Numbered from the stretch's first letter, positions 8,063 through 17,975 are shown. The stretch: 46,369 nt of DNA from Candidatus Enterousia onthequi (GCA_018064365.1 JAGHVJ010000019.1:1-46369), one strand, 5' to 3'. Notes: a model not told the origin generated them from the letters alone. Program-made: numbers and translations.

Positions 8063-9772
8063 TTACATTTTGCTCGGGATTATCAGCCCCATTAAATTTG
8101 TTGCAGTCGTCAATGTGTCACGGGCGAGTTTGGTTATGTGCAGACGTGTTTCTTGTATTTTGTTGTCCAGGTCGTCACGCAATATTGGACTACTATGATA
8201 AAACGCGTTTATTAGTTGGCACAGGTTGTAGGCATAGTTGGCAATCATATCTGTTGCTCGATTTTCGTATGCAGATTGGATTGTTTTGTCAAAATCCATG
8301 ATTGCTAATAACAAATTTCGTTCGTCTTTGTTTATATTTACATTGTGTAGATGCGGTGTGATATTTGCTTTGTTTAATACGGTGTTTAGACGTACGGCGG
8401 TATACAATATGTATGGGCCTGTTTTTCCTTCGAAACTTGTAACGGCATCTGGGTCGAATATGTAGTCTGAACGCAAATCGTGTATTAAATCGTTAAATTT
8501 TAACGCGGCGATGGCGATTGTGTCGATTGTGTTGTCGTCTAGTTCTTTGTTGTTTTCGATTGCGCGAGCGCGAACGGCGTCGGTTATGATTTGGATAATA
8601 TCATCCAAATCGGCGGCGTTGCCGCTGCGGGTTTTAAATGGTTTTCCGTCAGCACCATTGATTGTTCCGTATCCAATGTGTTCGAGGTTTTTTGTGTCAA
8701 AAAGACCGGTAAGTTCGGCGATTCTGAATAGTTGTTCAAAGTGCAAAGATTGTCTTGAATCAGTAAGATATATTATTTTGTTCGGGTTATCTGTTAACTT
8801 TCTATAATATATCGCCATAATGTCTGTTGCGTCGTATGTTGTTGCGCCGCGAGAGTTGTGAAACATCACCGGCGGCATTGGTGCGGTATCTGTGTCTTTT
8901 TTTACAACAACAATTTCGGCACCGTCGCTTTCTTGTAACAGGTTTTTATCACGTAGTAATTTTTCAACAGGCGCTTCGTAAAGCGCTGCATTTTTTTCGC
9001 CTAAGTCGTTGTCAAAAGGCAAAATGTTTAATTTTTTAATTGTGTCATGCATTGACTTTAATGATATAGGCATAAAAATATTGTACAATGCATTATAACC
9101 TGGATGGCCCTGTTGTAATTCAGCGGTGATTGTATGAACGGTGTCCATAAATTTTTCGTCTTGTTTTGCCAATGCTGCGGCCTGGGGATAAAATGTATTT
9201 AATTCGGATGGTTCAAAAGTGTACCGAGATAAATCCATAGTGCTATCAAAATTGTCTTGAAAAAAAGGCCAATCTGGATGGATGCGTTTTATCCATGCGA
9301 TCACCATCCCCATAGAACGTCCCCAATCACCTATGTGGTTATAAGAAATTGTTTTGTGTCCCATAAAACGAAATATTCTGTTTAATGTATCGCCAACAAT
9401 AGATGTGCGAAGATGCCCGATATGCAGCGATTTGGCAACGTTATATGCACCATAATCCATGTCTATAACCAATGGCTTGTCTGTTGTTTGTGGTTGTGGT
9501 GCTGTCGCATTTTCCAAGATAAAATTATTGCGGATTTTTATATTGATAAAGCCAGGTCCCGCAATTTCGGCAGATTCTATAAAATCTAATTCTTGGATTT
9601 TTGGTAAGATTTCTCCGGCCAGTTCGCGCGGATTTTTATGTGCTAATTTTGCACCAATCATTGCTGCGTTCGTCGAAAAATCGCCAAAATCACGATTTCG
9701 TGGTGTTTCCAAATTTGCGGCAAAGCCCAATTTTTCGTTTATTGCATCTGATACATATTTATACAAATTCAT
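8063..9772 (-). CDS. argS: Arginine--tRNA ligase
   Basis: Class I HIGH motif (SLHIGHLRTSIVGD), an ArgS-type N-terminal domain (ETPRNRDFGDFSTNAAM), and the protein ends in Met as ArgS proteins typically do. Confidence 0.95.
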   Translation of the reverse strand: MNLYKYVSDAINEKLGFAANLETPRNRDFGDFSTNAAMIGAKLAHKNPRELAGEILPKIQELDFIESAEIAGPGFINIKIRNNFILENATAPQPQTTDKPLVIDMDYGAYNVAKSLHIGHLRTSIVGDTLNRIFRFMGHKTISYNHIGDWGRSMGMVIAWIKRIHPDWPFFQDNFDSTMDLSRYTFEPSELNTFYPQAAALAKQDEKFMDTVHTITAELQQGHPGYNALYNIFMPISLKSMHDTIKKLNILPFDNDLGEKNAALYEAPVEKLLRDKNLLQESDGAEIVVVKKDTDTAPMPPVMFHNSRGATTYDATDIMAIYYRKLTDNPNKIIYLTDSRQSLHFEQLFRIAELTGLFDTKNLEHIGYGTINGADGKPFKTRSGNAADLDDIIQIITDAVRARAIENNKELDDNTIDTIAIAALKFNDLIHDLRSDYIFDPDAVTSFEGKTGPYILYTAVRLNTVLNKANITPHLHNVNINKDERNLLLAIMDFDKTIQSAYENRATDMIANYAYNLCQLINAFYHSSPILRDDLDNKIQETRLHITKLARDTLTTATNLMGLIIPSKM

Positions 9773-9807
9773 TTTTCTATCTCTTGTTTTATTTTCAATA
9801 TTTTACA

Positions 9808-11091
9808 TTATTCAATTGGCAAAATAACACGAACGCGCAATCCGCCCAAATCGCTGTCTTCTAAAAATAATTGTCCACCATGATTTTCTATTGCGGTTTT
9901 TGCTATGGACAGTCCCAAACCCGTTCCGCCACTGTCGCTACTGCGAGCATCGTCTAAACGAACAAACGGTCGCAAGGCATCGGCTTTGCGATTGTTTGGG
10001 ATTCCGATACCGTCGTCTTCGATTGTGACAATAATGGAGTTAGGTGTGTCTTGTTCAGTGATTTTTATTGTTTTTTTTGCGTATCTGGCGGCGTTTTCTA
10101 TAATATTTGCAAAAGCACGAGTCAGTGCCATTGGGCGCGCGTAAAATTGTACTGGATTATCAGGTAAATCTAGTTGTATGCGTTTGTTTGGAGCGGCATC
10201 ACGTGCCAGACGGATTAATGTTGCGGGCAATTCTGTCGCTTGTTCTATTTCAGGGGTTTCGCCACGAGCAAAAGATAAATATCCGTTTACCATTTCTGTC
10301 ATACGGTCTATGTCTTGTAATAATGTTTTTTTATCAGCGCTATCTGTTTCTATTGCCAGACGCATACGGGTCAATGGCGCTTTTAAGTCGTGGCTGACGG
10401 CATTTAGCATATCAGTTTTTGTGTGATTATAACGATCTATGCGTTCTTTCATTGTTATCATTGATGCGGCTGCGTTACGAATTTCTAGTGAGCCACTTGG
10501 TTTGAAGCCAGGCGCATCCAATCCGCGCCCAAAACGGTTTGCAGCATTTGATATGCGCTTGATACTGCGTGAGTGCAAAATTATAAATGGCGATATTAAA
10601 ATTCCGACAACCAGTATTGAACCGATTAGCCATAAAATGAATACTTCGGTACTGGTAGAATAAACACGATATAACGAAGTGCCAAATGTTGCAATTTGGC
10701 CATCTTGTGTAGGGATATCAACAAAAACCAAACGTTCTCCGCGGTCGATAAAAATATCGGCAGAACGTTTTAAGCGCGTTTGCAAATGTTTGGATAGTCG
10801 GCCTGCGATCATAGAGTTATTGTCGTTTTTTGCGGGACGATTCAGTTTTTTATTAATAGAAACATTTATACCAATATCGCCGGCCATTGTTTTTGCCGCA
10901 GATAAATTATCGGAATCGATAAAATTCATCATTGTTGTAATTTCAGCAGACAAACTGCGTGCCATAGTGTTGTGAACGCGCGTCCAATGATTGCCAAAGA
11001 AAAATTCGGCGATAATAACCTGGACCACAATCAGTGGTAATAACACCATTAAAATGGTGCGACCAAGAAAACTTCTGGGTATTAATCTCAT
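9808..11091 (-). CDS. Sensor histidine kinase (EnvZ-like)
   Basis: Two TM segments, H-box SHDLKAPLTRMRL, N-box IIENAARYA, G1 EDDGIGIP and G2 GGTGLGLSIAK. Confidence 0.9.
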   Translation of the reverse strand: MRLIPRSFLGRTILMVLLPLIVVQVIIAEFFFGNHWTRVHNTMARSLSAEITTMMNFIDSDNLSAAKTMAGDIGINVSINKKLNRPAKNDNNSMIAGRLSKHLQTRLKRSADIFIDRGERLVFVDIPTQDGQIATFGTSLYRVYSTSTEVFILWLIGSILVVGILISPFIILHSRSIKRISNAANRFGRGLDAPGFKPSGSLEIRNAAASMITMKERIDRYNHTKTDMLNAVSHDLKAPLTRMRLAIETDSADKKTLLQDIDRMTEMVNGYLSFARGETPEIEQATELPATLIRLARDAAPNKRIQLDLPDNPVQFYARPMALTRAFANIIENAARYAKKTIKITEQDTPNSIIVTIEDDGIGIPNNRKADALRPFVRLDDARSSDSGGTGLGLSIAKTAIENHGGQLFLEDSDLGGLRVRVILPIE

Positions 11092-11097
11092 GTTTTT

Positions 11098-11745
11098 TTA
11101 CCGTTTTGTTGTTGTGGGTGTGGTTATTAATTTATAACCGCGTCCACGAATAGTTATAATATCCAAGTCTGATGATACACTATTTATTTTGGTTCGCAAG
11201 CGTTTTGCAACCATTGGGGATGCGGCTACGATGTTGCCGATTGGAGATACTAAATTGTGAAGTAATTTTTTTTCTTCCCCGGATAGTGCAAATAATTTGC
11301 CAGTAGATTCAGGTGTGTTTTTTATAAAAAATTCATTATCTGCAAAAAACAAACCGCCGGGAATATCTTGTGCAACGTTTGTTGTGTTTTTTATAATGTT
11401 TTTTAATCGTAATACCAATTCTTGTAATTGAAATGGTTTAGCCAGATAATCGTTTGCGCCGTTTTCTAATCCTGCGATAGCATTTTCTGGGCCAGATAAT
11501 GCGGTCAACATTATGGTTGGGGTTAAATTGCCAGATTTGCGTAATTGCTTTAGAAATGTTAGTCCATCTGTGCCGGTCATCATGCGATCCAGAACAATTG
11601 CGTCAACAGAAACCTTGTTTAATATTTGATCGCCCTGTTCTGCTGAATCTGCGGTTAAAACAGAAAAGTCATGTTGTTGCAAACCGTGTTTCAGGCTTTT
11701 TCTTAATAAATCATCATCGTCAATAATAAGAACGGTTTTATTCAT
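11098..11745 (-). CDS. Response regulator, OmpR/PhoB-type winged helix
   Basis: Receiver-domain motifs LIIDDDD, IVLDRMM and DYLAKPF, with a C-terminal ...IRGRGYKL. Confidence 0.9.
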   Translation of the reverse strand: MNKTVLIIDDDDLLRKSLKHGLQQHDFSVLTADSAEQGDQILNKVSVDAIVLDRMMTGTDGLTFLKQLRKSGNLTPTIMLTALSGPENAIAGLENGANDYLAKPFQLQELVLRLKNIIKNTTNVAQDIPGGLFFADNEFFIKNTPESTGKLFALSGEEKKLLHNLVSPIGNIVAASPMVAKRLRTKINSVSSDLDIITIRGRGYKLITTPTTTKR

Positions 11746-11749
11746 TTTT

Positions 11750-12658
11750 TTATTGCATTGGTTCGACAGCGTATTCGCCGGGCTGGATTGTTAAACTGGA
11801 ACCGGTATCGTTTGGTTTATCACCACGTGTTGCGACATTGAAACGCATGCCACGGGTTGAATATTCTGTTTTGAATAGCGCGTATCCTGTGCCGCCACCG
11901 GTTGTAGAGCCCTGGGTTCCGATAGAATAATAACCGCCCAAGATGCCGTAATCTAAATCAATATAATCCAAGTTTATTAATATGGACATACTGCTGGTGC
12001 CGTCGCTGGTTAAATTGCATGCAAATTCACGATTTGATAGTGTTGCTTGTGAATTTGCAGGTATTACAATATCCATAACTGTTTGATCGCAGCGTCGGTC
12101 TATCCCGTTTACCAGTAATGTATATGTCATACCCACAGAGGCCCGAGATAAACCTGTGGATAAATTTACCTGGGAAATGGATGCTTTTGGAATTTTTGCA
12201 ATTGCGTTTGCGATGCCACTGCGGACGGGAAAGGAAATCCCTGATTGCAAGCAATCGCGAGAAAAAGGGTCTGCCTCGCAGATGTATAATCTGGAATAGC
12301 CATTTGACATAAACATTTGACTAAGGCTATTAAACAAGAAGTTGCGTGTAATACGGTCATTCAAGCGCGTGCAGTTAAAGTTTCTGCATATAACCATTGG
12401 TCGTTCGGAAAAACCAACGCCTGGGTGTGCGCATGCCTGAACGTCGCGATTGTTGACAATGTTTTGATCATAATCAAAATCGTTATCCTGGTGCATAAAT
12501 TCTGTTTCTGGAATAAAATTCTGGTCGTTTGGATATGCATAGTATGACGCCACAGGTGTTTCTGTGTATATAGTTTGAAAACCTTGTGTCATCATGTTGG
12601 CCATCGCAGATTGAGCAAAAATCATGCTGAAAACAATCATAAAATTGGTTTTGTTCAT
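11750..12658 (-). CDS. Secreted hypothetical protein (302 aa), first gene of the two-component operon
   Basis: Signal peptide MNKTNFMIVFSMIFAQSAMA. Its stop is 4 nt from the response-regulator start. I recognise no family. Confidence 0.7.
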   Translation of the reverse strand: MNKTNFMIVFSMIFAQSAMANMMTQGFQTIYTETPVASYYAYPNDQNFIPETEFMHQDNDFDYDQNIVNNRDVQACAHPGVGFSERPMVICRNFNCTRLNDRITRNFLFNSLSQMFMSNGYSRLYICEADPFSRDCLQSGISFPVRSGIANAIAKIPKASISQVNLSTGLSRASVGMTYTLLVNGIDRRCDQTVMDIVIPANSQATLSNREFACNLTSDGTSSMSILINLDYIDLDYGILGGYYSIGTQGSTTGGGTGYALFKTEYSTRGMRFNVATRGDKPNDTGSSLTIQPGEYAVEPMQ

Positions 12659-12784
12659 TTCCTCTTCCTTGGTTCCTTGTGATTAGTTTAGAATTTTTTT
12701 ATATGCTATGTCAAAGCAAAAATATTTTTATTGAAAAATGAATTTGATTTGTACTATAAGTAGAAATGTGAAATTTTAGGTAAG

Positions 12785-13453
12785 GTGAAAAATATGGTTG
12801 ATGTTATTATTACAGGCGAAGGCGGAAAATTACATGCCGTGTATCACAAATCAGATGTTCCGGGCGCACCGGTGGCTGTGGTGTTATCTGGGAATCCGCG
12901 GCAAAAGTATCATATGAACGACCGTGTGTCTTATGCGATGTTTCGTGCATTTATGGATATTGGTTTTTCGGTTGTACGTTTTAATTATCGTGGTGTTAAT
13001 GATTCCGAGGGGGCTATTGGGACTGCGTCTGAAAACATGCTGGATATTGCCACAGTTATAGATTGGATTCAAAATAAAAATGAAGATAGTGATAGAATTT
13101 GGTTGGCCGGCAATCAAATGGGGGCGTGGTATGTATTGCAAACAATGATGCGCAGGCCCGAAGTTTCTGGCTTTGTGTTGGTTTCGCCTGATACTACGGT
13201 TTCTGATTTTCAATTTTTATCACCCCGCCCTAACCGTGGATTGTTGCTGCAAGGCGCATTTGAGGGCGATGATGCGCGTGCGTTTGGAACGCATTTGACA
13301 CATATTCTGAAAAAACAAGCCGAGATAAGTTTGGAAACAATTTATGTAAAAAATGCCGATGCAACTTATGCTACGCCGGCGGATTTACGCCAAATGTATA
13401 ATGATTTCAAGGCGTATGTTGGGCGTGAAGATACAGAAACAAAGTTATTATAA
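12785..13453 (+). CDS. Alpha/beta-fold protein of the COG2945-like family, apparently lacking the catalytic Ser and His
   Basis: Matches the family pattern ...[13 protein letters not shown]...DWIQ...WLAG-x-x-x-GAW... but the nucleophile elbow reads GNQMG. The start could be ATG 12794 (RBS AAGGTGA) rather than GTG 12785. Confidence 0.75.
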   Translation: MKNMVDVIITGEGGKLHAVYHKSDVPGAPVAVVLSGNPRQKYHMNDRVSYAMFRAFMDIGFSVVRFNYRGVNDSEGAIGTASENMLDIATVIDWIQNKNEDSDRIWLAGNQMGAWYVLQTMMRRPEVSGFVLVSPDTTVSDFQFLSPRPNRGLLLQGAFEGDDARAFGTHLTHILKKQAEISLETIYVKNADATYATPADLRQMYNDFKAYVGREDTETKLL

Positions 13454-13461
13454 GTTTTGTA

Positions 13462-14463
13462 GTGGATATCAAAATGAACGCAAATGATAGATTTTTGGAC
13501 CCGAATGTTCCGGATGAATTGGCGATTTCTATTCGCCCAAAGATTTTGAATGATTTTATCGGTCACGAATCGTTGAAACAAAATTTATCCGTGTTTATTG
13601 CGGGGGCTAAATCCAGAGCCGAGGCGATGGATCATGTTTTGCTATATGGACCTCCGGGGTTAGGAAAAACAACCTTGGCACATATAGTTGCAAATGAATT
13701 AGGAACGAATTTTCGCGCAACGGCGGCACCTATGTTGACCAAGCAAGGTGATTTGGCGGCTATTTTAACTGCGTTGGAACCTATGGATGTTTTGTTTATT
13801 GATGAAATTCATCGTTTGCCAACCGCGATAGAAGAAGTTTTGTATTCTGCGATGGAAGATTTTAAGTTGGATATTATGTTAGGTGAAGGGCCGTCTGCAA
13901 AAAGTGTTCGTATTGATTTGCCTCCTTTTACATTGGTTGGTGCAACCACACGTACGGGTTTGCTGTCTAATCCTTTGCGGGAAAGATTTGGAATTGATTT
14001 GCGATTGTCTTTTTATTCGGCGGATGAATTGGCTCGGATTATTATGCGCAGCGCACATATTTTGGGGATGGATATAGATAAAGATGGTGCGTTGATGTTG
14101 GCACGCGCGTCGCGTGGAACACCGCGTATTGCGAACAGGTTGTTAAAACGTGCACGTGATTTTGCAAATGCATTACATGCAGATGTTATTACGGCGGATA
14201 CTATTAAAACCACCCTGTTTCAATTACATATTGACGAATCCGGGTTGGATGCTGTCGATCGTGATTATATGATGACAATTATAAATCATTATGCAGGTGG
14301 TCCGGTTGGAATTGATAATTTGGCGGCGGCGTTAAGCGAACCGGCTGATACAATCGAAGATGTAATTGAACCTTATTTGATGCAATTAGGGTTTATTCAA
14401 CGCACACCTCGTGGACGTGTTGTGACCGATATGGGATATAAACACCTGGGATTGGAAAAATGA
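13462..14463 (+). CDS. ruvB: Holliday junction branch migration ATPase RuvB
   Basis: Walker [12 protein letters not shown], Walker [10 protein letters not shown], and the [14 protein letters not shown] sensor/arginine region. The start may be ATG 13474. Confidence 0.95.
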   Translation: MDIKMNANDRFLDPNVPDELAISIRPKILNDFIGHESLKQNLSVFIAGAKSRAEAMDHVLLYGPPGLGKTTLAHIVANELGTNFRATAAPMLTKQGDLAAILTALEPMDVLFIDEIHRLPTAIEEVLYSAMEDFKLDIMLGEGPSAKSVRIDLPPFTLVGATTRTGLLSNPLRERFGIDLRLSFYSADELARIIMRSAHILGMDIDKDGALMLARASRGTPRIANRLLKRARDFANALHADVITADTIKTTLFQLHIDESGLDAVDRDYMMTIINHYAGGPVGIDNLAAALSEPADTIEDVIEPYLMQLGFIQRTPRGRVVTDMGYKHLGLEK

Positions 14464-15170
14464 TGCGCAATTTCTTTGTTTTAATTGTTGGCATATTTAT
14501 TTTAGCCGGATGTGCAGGAACATCTGTGTATGAATACAAAATCAACACAAAGCCGTATACCATTGATGGTGTGACTTATTATCCGTTGGCATCGGCAAAT
14601 GGTTTTAGTGAAACTGGGATGGCATCGTGGTATGGACCGGATTTTCATGGTAGAAAAACAGCCAGCGGTGAAACTTATAATAAATATGCATTTACGGCGG
14701 CGCATAAAACTTTACCATTTGGCACACGTGTTCGTGTCACTAGTTTAGATACCAGGGCCAGTACAGAGGTTGTTATAAATGACCGTGGCCCGTTTAAATC
14801 TGGGCGCATAATTGATTTATCTTATTCTGCGGCCAAAGAAATTGGTATGATTGGGCATGGAACGGCACGTGTGCACATAAATGCGGTGGGTTCGGTAAAT
14901 AATTCAAATGCAAAAACAACAACTGTAAAACCTACAACAAATGCGGCAATTGGTACTGGTAATTATTATGTTCAGGTTGGAACGTATTCTGTACAAAACA
15001 ATGCAACCAAGGCCAGTCAGAATTTAAGCACAATGGGTTATGCAAATGTGGTAAAATCACAAAGTGGTAAATATGTTGTGCGTGCGGGGCCGTATAGTAC
15101 GCGTGCGCGCGCAACATCTGTGCGGGACAAATTACAAAAAAGTTATTCTGGGGCATTTATAGTGGAGTGA
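14460..15170 (+). CDS. rlpA: Septal ring lytic transglycosylase RlpA-family lipoprotein with a C-terminal SPOR domain
   Basis: Lipobox ILAGC. The DPBB core is [21 protein letters not shown]...FGTRVRVT...VINDRGPF. The SPOR-like tail is YYVQVGTYS...VRAGPY. It overlaps the ruvB stop (ATGA). Confidence 0.9.
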   Translation: MMRNFFVLIVGIFILAGCAGTSVYEYKINTKPYTIDGVTYYPLASANGFSETGMASWYGPDFHGRKTASGETYNKYAFTAAHKTLPFGTRVRVTSLDTRASTEVVINDRGPFKSGRIIDLSYSAAKEIGMIGHGTARVHINAVGSVNNSNAKTTTVKPTTNAAIGTGNYYVQVGTYSVQNNATKASQNLSTMGYANVVKSQSGKYVVRAGPYSTRARATSVRDKLQKSYSGAFIVE

Positions 15171-15174
15171 GTGA

Positions 15175-15810
15175 ATGACAACCGCAAAAAGATTAACAGA
15201 TTTTTTTTGTATAAGTGAAAAATTGGAAACTGAAAAACGCCTTACGCGGACATCAAGTGGTGACAATCAAGTTGTGGCGGCGCATTCTTGGAATATGGCA
15301 ATTATGGCTTTGGCGATAAACCCGTATTTAATCCATGTTGTTAATATGGAACGGGTATTAGAGTTATGCTTGTTGCATGATTTGCCAGAGGCGATTTCGC
15401 ATGATATTCCATTGCATGAACAGACAGAATCTATTAAAAAGCAAAAATATATAAATGAACAACATGCTGTTGACACTATAATGTCTTTATTACAGGACGA
15501 TTGGGTAAAAGCCAGATTTGATGAGTACGAGGCAAAGCAAACGCCCGAGGCACGGTTGGTTAAATTATTAGATGTGTTGGATACAGGAATTCAACATATG
15601 TGTGCCAAAGATTTGGTGTATGTGACAAAGTATGATAATGGTTTTTATTGGAAATTATTTTTTTCGAATAAATTTATGACCGGTTTCGATTATGAACCTG
15701 TGTTGCGTGAAATATATGATGAGATTCGTGGCCGTGTCGAAAAACGATTAATTAACGAACAAAATTTGGATATAAATAGATTTATTGATAGAGGTGAAAA
15801 TGACACATAA
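15175..15810 (+). CDS. HD-domain phosphohydrolase (YfbR-like 5'-nucleotidase family)
   Basis: H...HD...D pattern: AAHSWNMAI and LLHDLPEAISHDIP. Confidence 0.8.
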   Translation: MTTAKRLTDFFCISEKLETEKRLTRTSSGDNQVVAAHSWNMAIMALAINPYLIHVVNMERVLELCLLHDLPEAISHDIPLHEQTESIKKQKYINEQHAVDTIMSLLQDDWVKARFDEYEAKQTPEARLVKLLDVLDTGIQHMCAKDLVYVTKYDNGFYWKLFFSNKFMTGFDYEPVLREIYDEIRGRVEKRLINEQNLDINRFIDRGENDT

Positions 15811-16171
15811 ATTTAAATTTCAAATTGCGTATGCGGATACTGATGCCGGTGGGATTGCGTATCATGCGCGTTTTATAGAAATGGCAGAACGTGCCCGTAT
15901 GGATTGGTCGCGCGGCATCAAATATCCGGAAAATGATTTAGGGTTTGTTGTTCGGCAGTTGGATATTAAATACAGTGTGCCATTATTGGTGGGTGATGAT
16001 ATTATAATTGAAACCACGCCAATCAATATTGGTGCGGCATCTGTAAAAATTGAACAAAAGTTTTTACGTGATGGGGTAATTTGTGCTATAATGCATATAA
16101 CGATTGCTTACCTGGATAAAAATTTGCGTCCACGGGCAATCCCAGATTCAATTGTAAAGTTTTTTAAATAA
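15800..16171 (+). CDS. ybgC: Tol-Pal-associated acyl-CoA thioesterase YbgC (4HBT fold)
   Basis: YADTDAGGIAYHARFIEMAERAR motif. ATG 15800 with RBS AGAGGTGA is preferred over the track start at 15785. It lies directly upstream of tolQRA. Confidence 0.85.
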   Translation: MTHKFKFQIAYADTDAGGIAYHARFIEMAERARMDWSRGIKYPENDLGFVVRQLDIKYSVPLLVGDDIIIETTPINIGAASVKIEQKFLRDGVICAIMHITIAYLDKNLRPRAIPDSIVKFFK

Positions 16172-16195
16172 TAAAAACATAAAAAAGGAAAGGAA

Positions 16196-16687
16196 ATGAC
16201 AAATAATTTTTCATTATTGAATTTGTTTACTGGCGACATAATGACTGTATTTGTGTCGATTGTGTTGGTGGTTTTGAGTATTTTGTCTTGGGCGGTTATT
16301 ATTGAAAAGTATCGCGTATGGAAAATGGTAAAAAATAATCCGGTTAAAATAAAACCAAATGACAATCTGGATACGATAGTCGATAAATTGATACGCCCAT
16401 TTGATAAGAATTTGTGGTTTTTGTCGATGGTGTCTTATGTTTCACCTTTTATTGGTTTGTTTGGAACGGTTTGGGGGGTTATGGATTCTTTTGCATCAAT
16501 CGGAATCAATCAATCAGTTAGTATCAGTGTTATTGCCCCGGGATTGGCGACTGCGTTGGGGACAACTGCGTTGGGGTTGATTGCGGCAATTCCTGCGGCA
16601 ATAGCATACCAGTATTATGCAAAAAAATCTGATGATTTGTATAATCGTTTAGATGAAAATCGTATTGAATTAAAAGCGCAACATTAA
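16196..16687 (+). CDS. tolQ: TolQ (MotA/TolQ/ExbB proton channel), unusually short at 163 aa
   Basis: TM1 is FVSIVLVVLSILSWAVIIEK. The conserved TM2/TM3 block is SPFIGLFGTVWGVM...VIAPGLATALGTTALGLIAAIPAAIAY. Confidence 0.85.
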   Translation: MTNNFSLLNLFTGDIMTVFVSIVLVVLSILSWAVIIEKYRVWKMVKNNPVKIKPNDNLDTIVDKLIRPFDKNLWFLSMVSYVSPFIGLFGTVWGVMDSFASIGINQSVSISVIAPGLATALGTTALGLIAAIPAAIAYQYYAKKSDDLYNRLDENRIELKAQH

Positions 16688-16703
16688 ATTTTAAGGATTT
16701 GTG

Positions 16704-17108
16704 ATGCCAAGAAGAACAAGACGTTTTGATGCAGGAATATCGCTGACACCGATGATTGATATTATGACGACATTGTTGGCGGTGTTTATGGTGACGACCC
16801 CAATGATGACGGCTGGTATTGATTTAGAGTTGCCACGTGCAGGACATTCATCTATGACGGGTAATGATCATGCGATTCAGATTAGTGTGGATAGTGCTGG
16901 TCGATATTATTTGGCGCGCGACCAAATGAATTTGGATGATGTTGTGCGTCGTGCGGCGGCCATGCGGACAGAAAATCCTAATTTAACTATTATGATTAGC
17001 GGTGATGCGCGGGCTGATTATGGGGCGGTTATGCGTGCCATGGGACGGTTAAAGGATGCTGGATTTCAAAAGGTTGGATTAAAAACGCAAATTGATAATA
17101 GAAACTAA
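16704..17108 (+). CDS. tolR: TolR (ExbD/TolR family)
   Basis: ISLTPMIDIMTTLLAVFMV with the conserved Asp in the TM helix, plus a periplasmic domain. ATG 16704 has the RBS AAGGA. Confidence 0.85.
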   Translation: MPRRTRRFDAGISLTPMIDIMTTLLAVFMVTTPMMTAGIDLELPRAGHSSMTGNDHAIQISVDSAGRYYLARDQMNLDDVVRRAAAMRTENPNLTIMISGDARADYGAVMRAMGRLKDAGFQKVGLKTQIDNRN

Positions 17109-17863
17109 TGAAAAATCGTGCCAAACAATTTTATTCAGAAAATATTTTAATGTCTGTGATGGGGCATTTGGTGTTGATTGCGTTTATGATAACGTCTGTT
17201 GTGATATTTGTTGAACGCGCAGAAACGGTCGTGCCGGACCGTATTCAAATTATGGAAATTGATTTAAGTAATGTGAAAATTACTGGAAATGAAACTAAAT
17301 TGTATAATACGGATATTCCAAATGTAAAAACACCTGAAACACAAAAAAACAAAACTGATTCTGCATCTGTTCCGGAACATGTTGCCGCTGAAAAAGATAA
17401 AATCACGGATTCGCTTATCGATAATGATGACAACAAAAAAACGCAGAAATTGGCGGAAACAGATAAAAGAACAGATGTGTCTGAAATAAATGCGCCAAAA
17501 AAGAAAACTGTGGTGCGCGTAAATCGCGAAGTGTTATCACTGGACAGAACAATGACTGTTTCTGTGATTGACGCGCTGCGCGTGGCGATGACGCGTTGTT
17601 GGGTAATTGATAGCAGTCGTCCCGATTTATCAGATATTCGTGCGGTTGCGCATTTGAAGATGCGTCCCAACGGAACTGTTGCAGATGTTTGGTTTGAAAG
17701 TGCGGCGCGTGCCGAAACAGATGCAACATTTGCATATGTGTTGAATACAATTCGCGCGGCAATACAAACGTGTGAACCTTTGTCTATGCTGCCACGCAAT
17801 GAATATAATGCGTGGAAAGATATACAATTGACATTTTATCCTACGTCTGGGCGTGTTATGTAG
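17108..17863 (+). CDS. tolA: TolA-like cell envelope integrity protein
   Basis: Position after tolR with a 1-nt overlap. It has an N-terminal TM anchor, a K/D/E/T-rich linker and a C-terminal TolA/TonB-like domain (...RCWVIDSSRPDLSDIRAVAHLKMRPNGTV...). Confidence 0.65.
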   Translation: MKNRAKQFYSENILMSVMGHLVLIAFMITSVVIFVERAETVVPDRIQIMEIDLSNVKITGNETKLYNTDIPNVKTPETQKNKTDSASVPEHVAAEKDKITDSLIDNDDNKKTQKLAETDKRTDVSEINAPKKKTVVRVNREVLSLDRTMTVSVIDALRVAMTRCWVIDSSRPDLSDIRAVAHLKMRPNGTVADVWFESAARAETDATFAYVLNTIRAAIQTCEPLSMLPRNEYNAWKDIQLTFYPTSGRVM

Positions 17864-17975
17864 TTTTTTGTAAAAATTCAAAAATCTGTCAAATTTTTTT
17901 TGATAATTTTTTTAGTTTTTTTATTTGCGTATTTAGTAATAAATGTTCTATGCTTGTCAGAGAAGGTAGGAAAGT

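Noticed and set aside
12155-12165. A DnaA-box-like tgtggataa inside the 302-aa ORF, considered as an oriC hint
   Set aside because: It is a single box inside a coding region, with no cluster, no AT-rich unwinding element and no adjacent dnaA.
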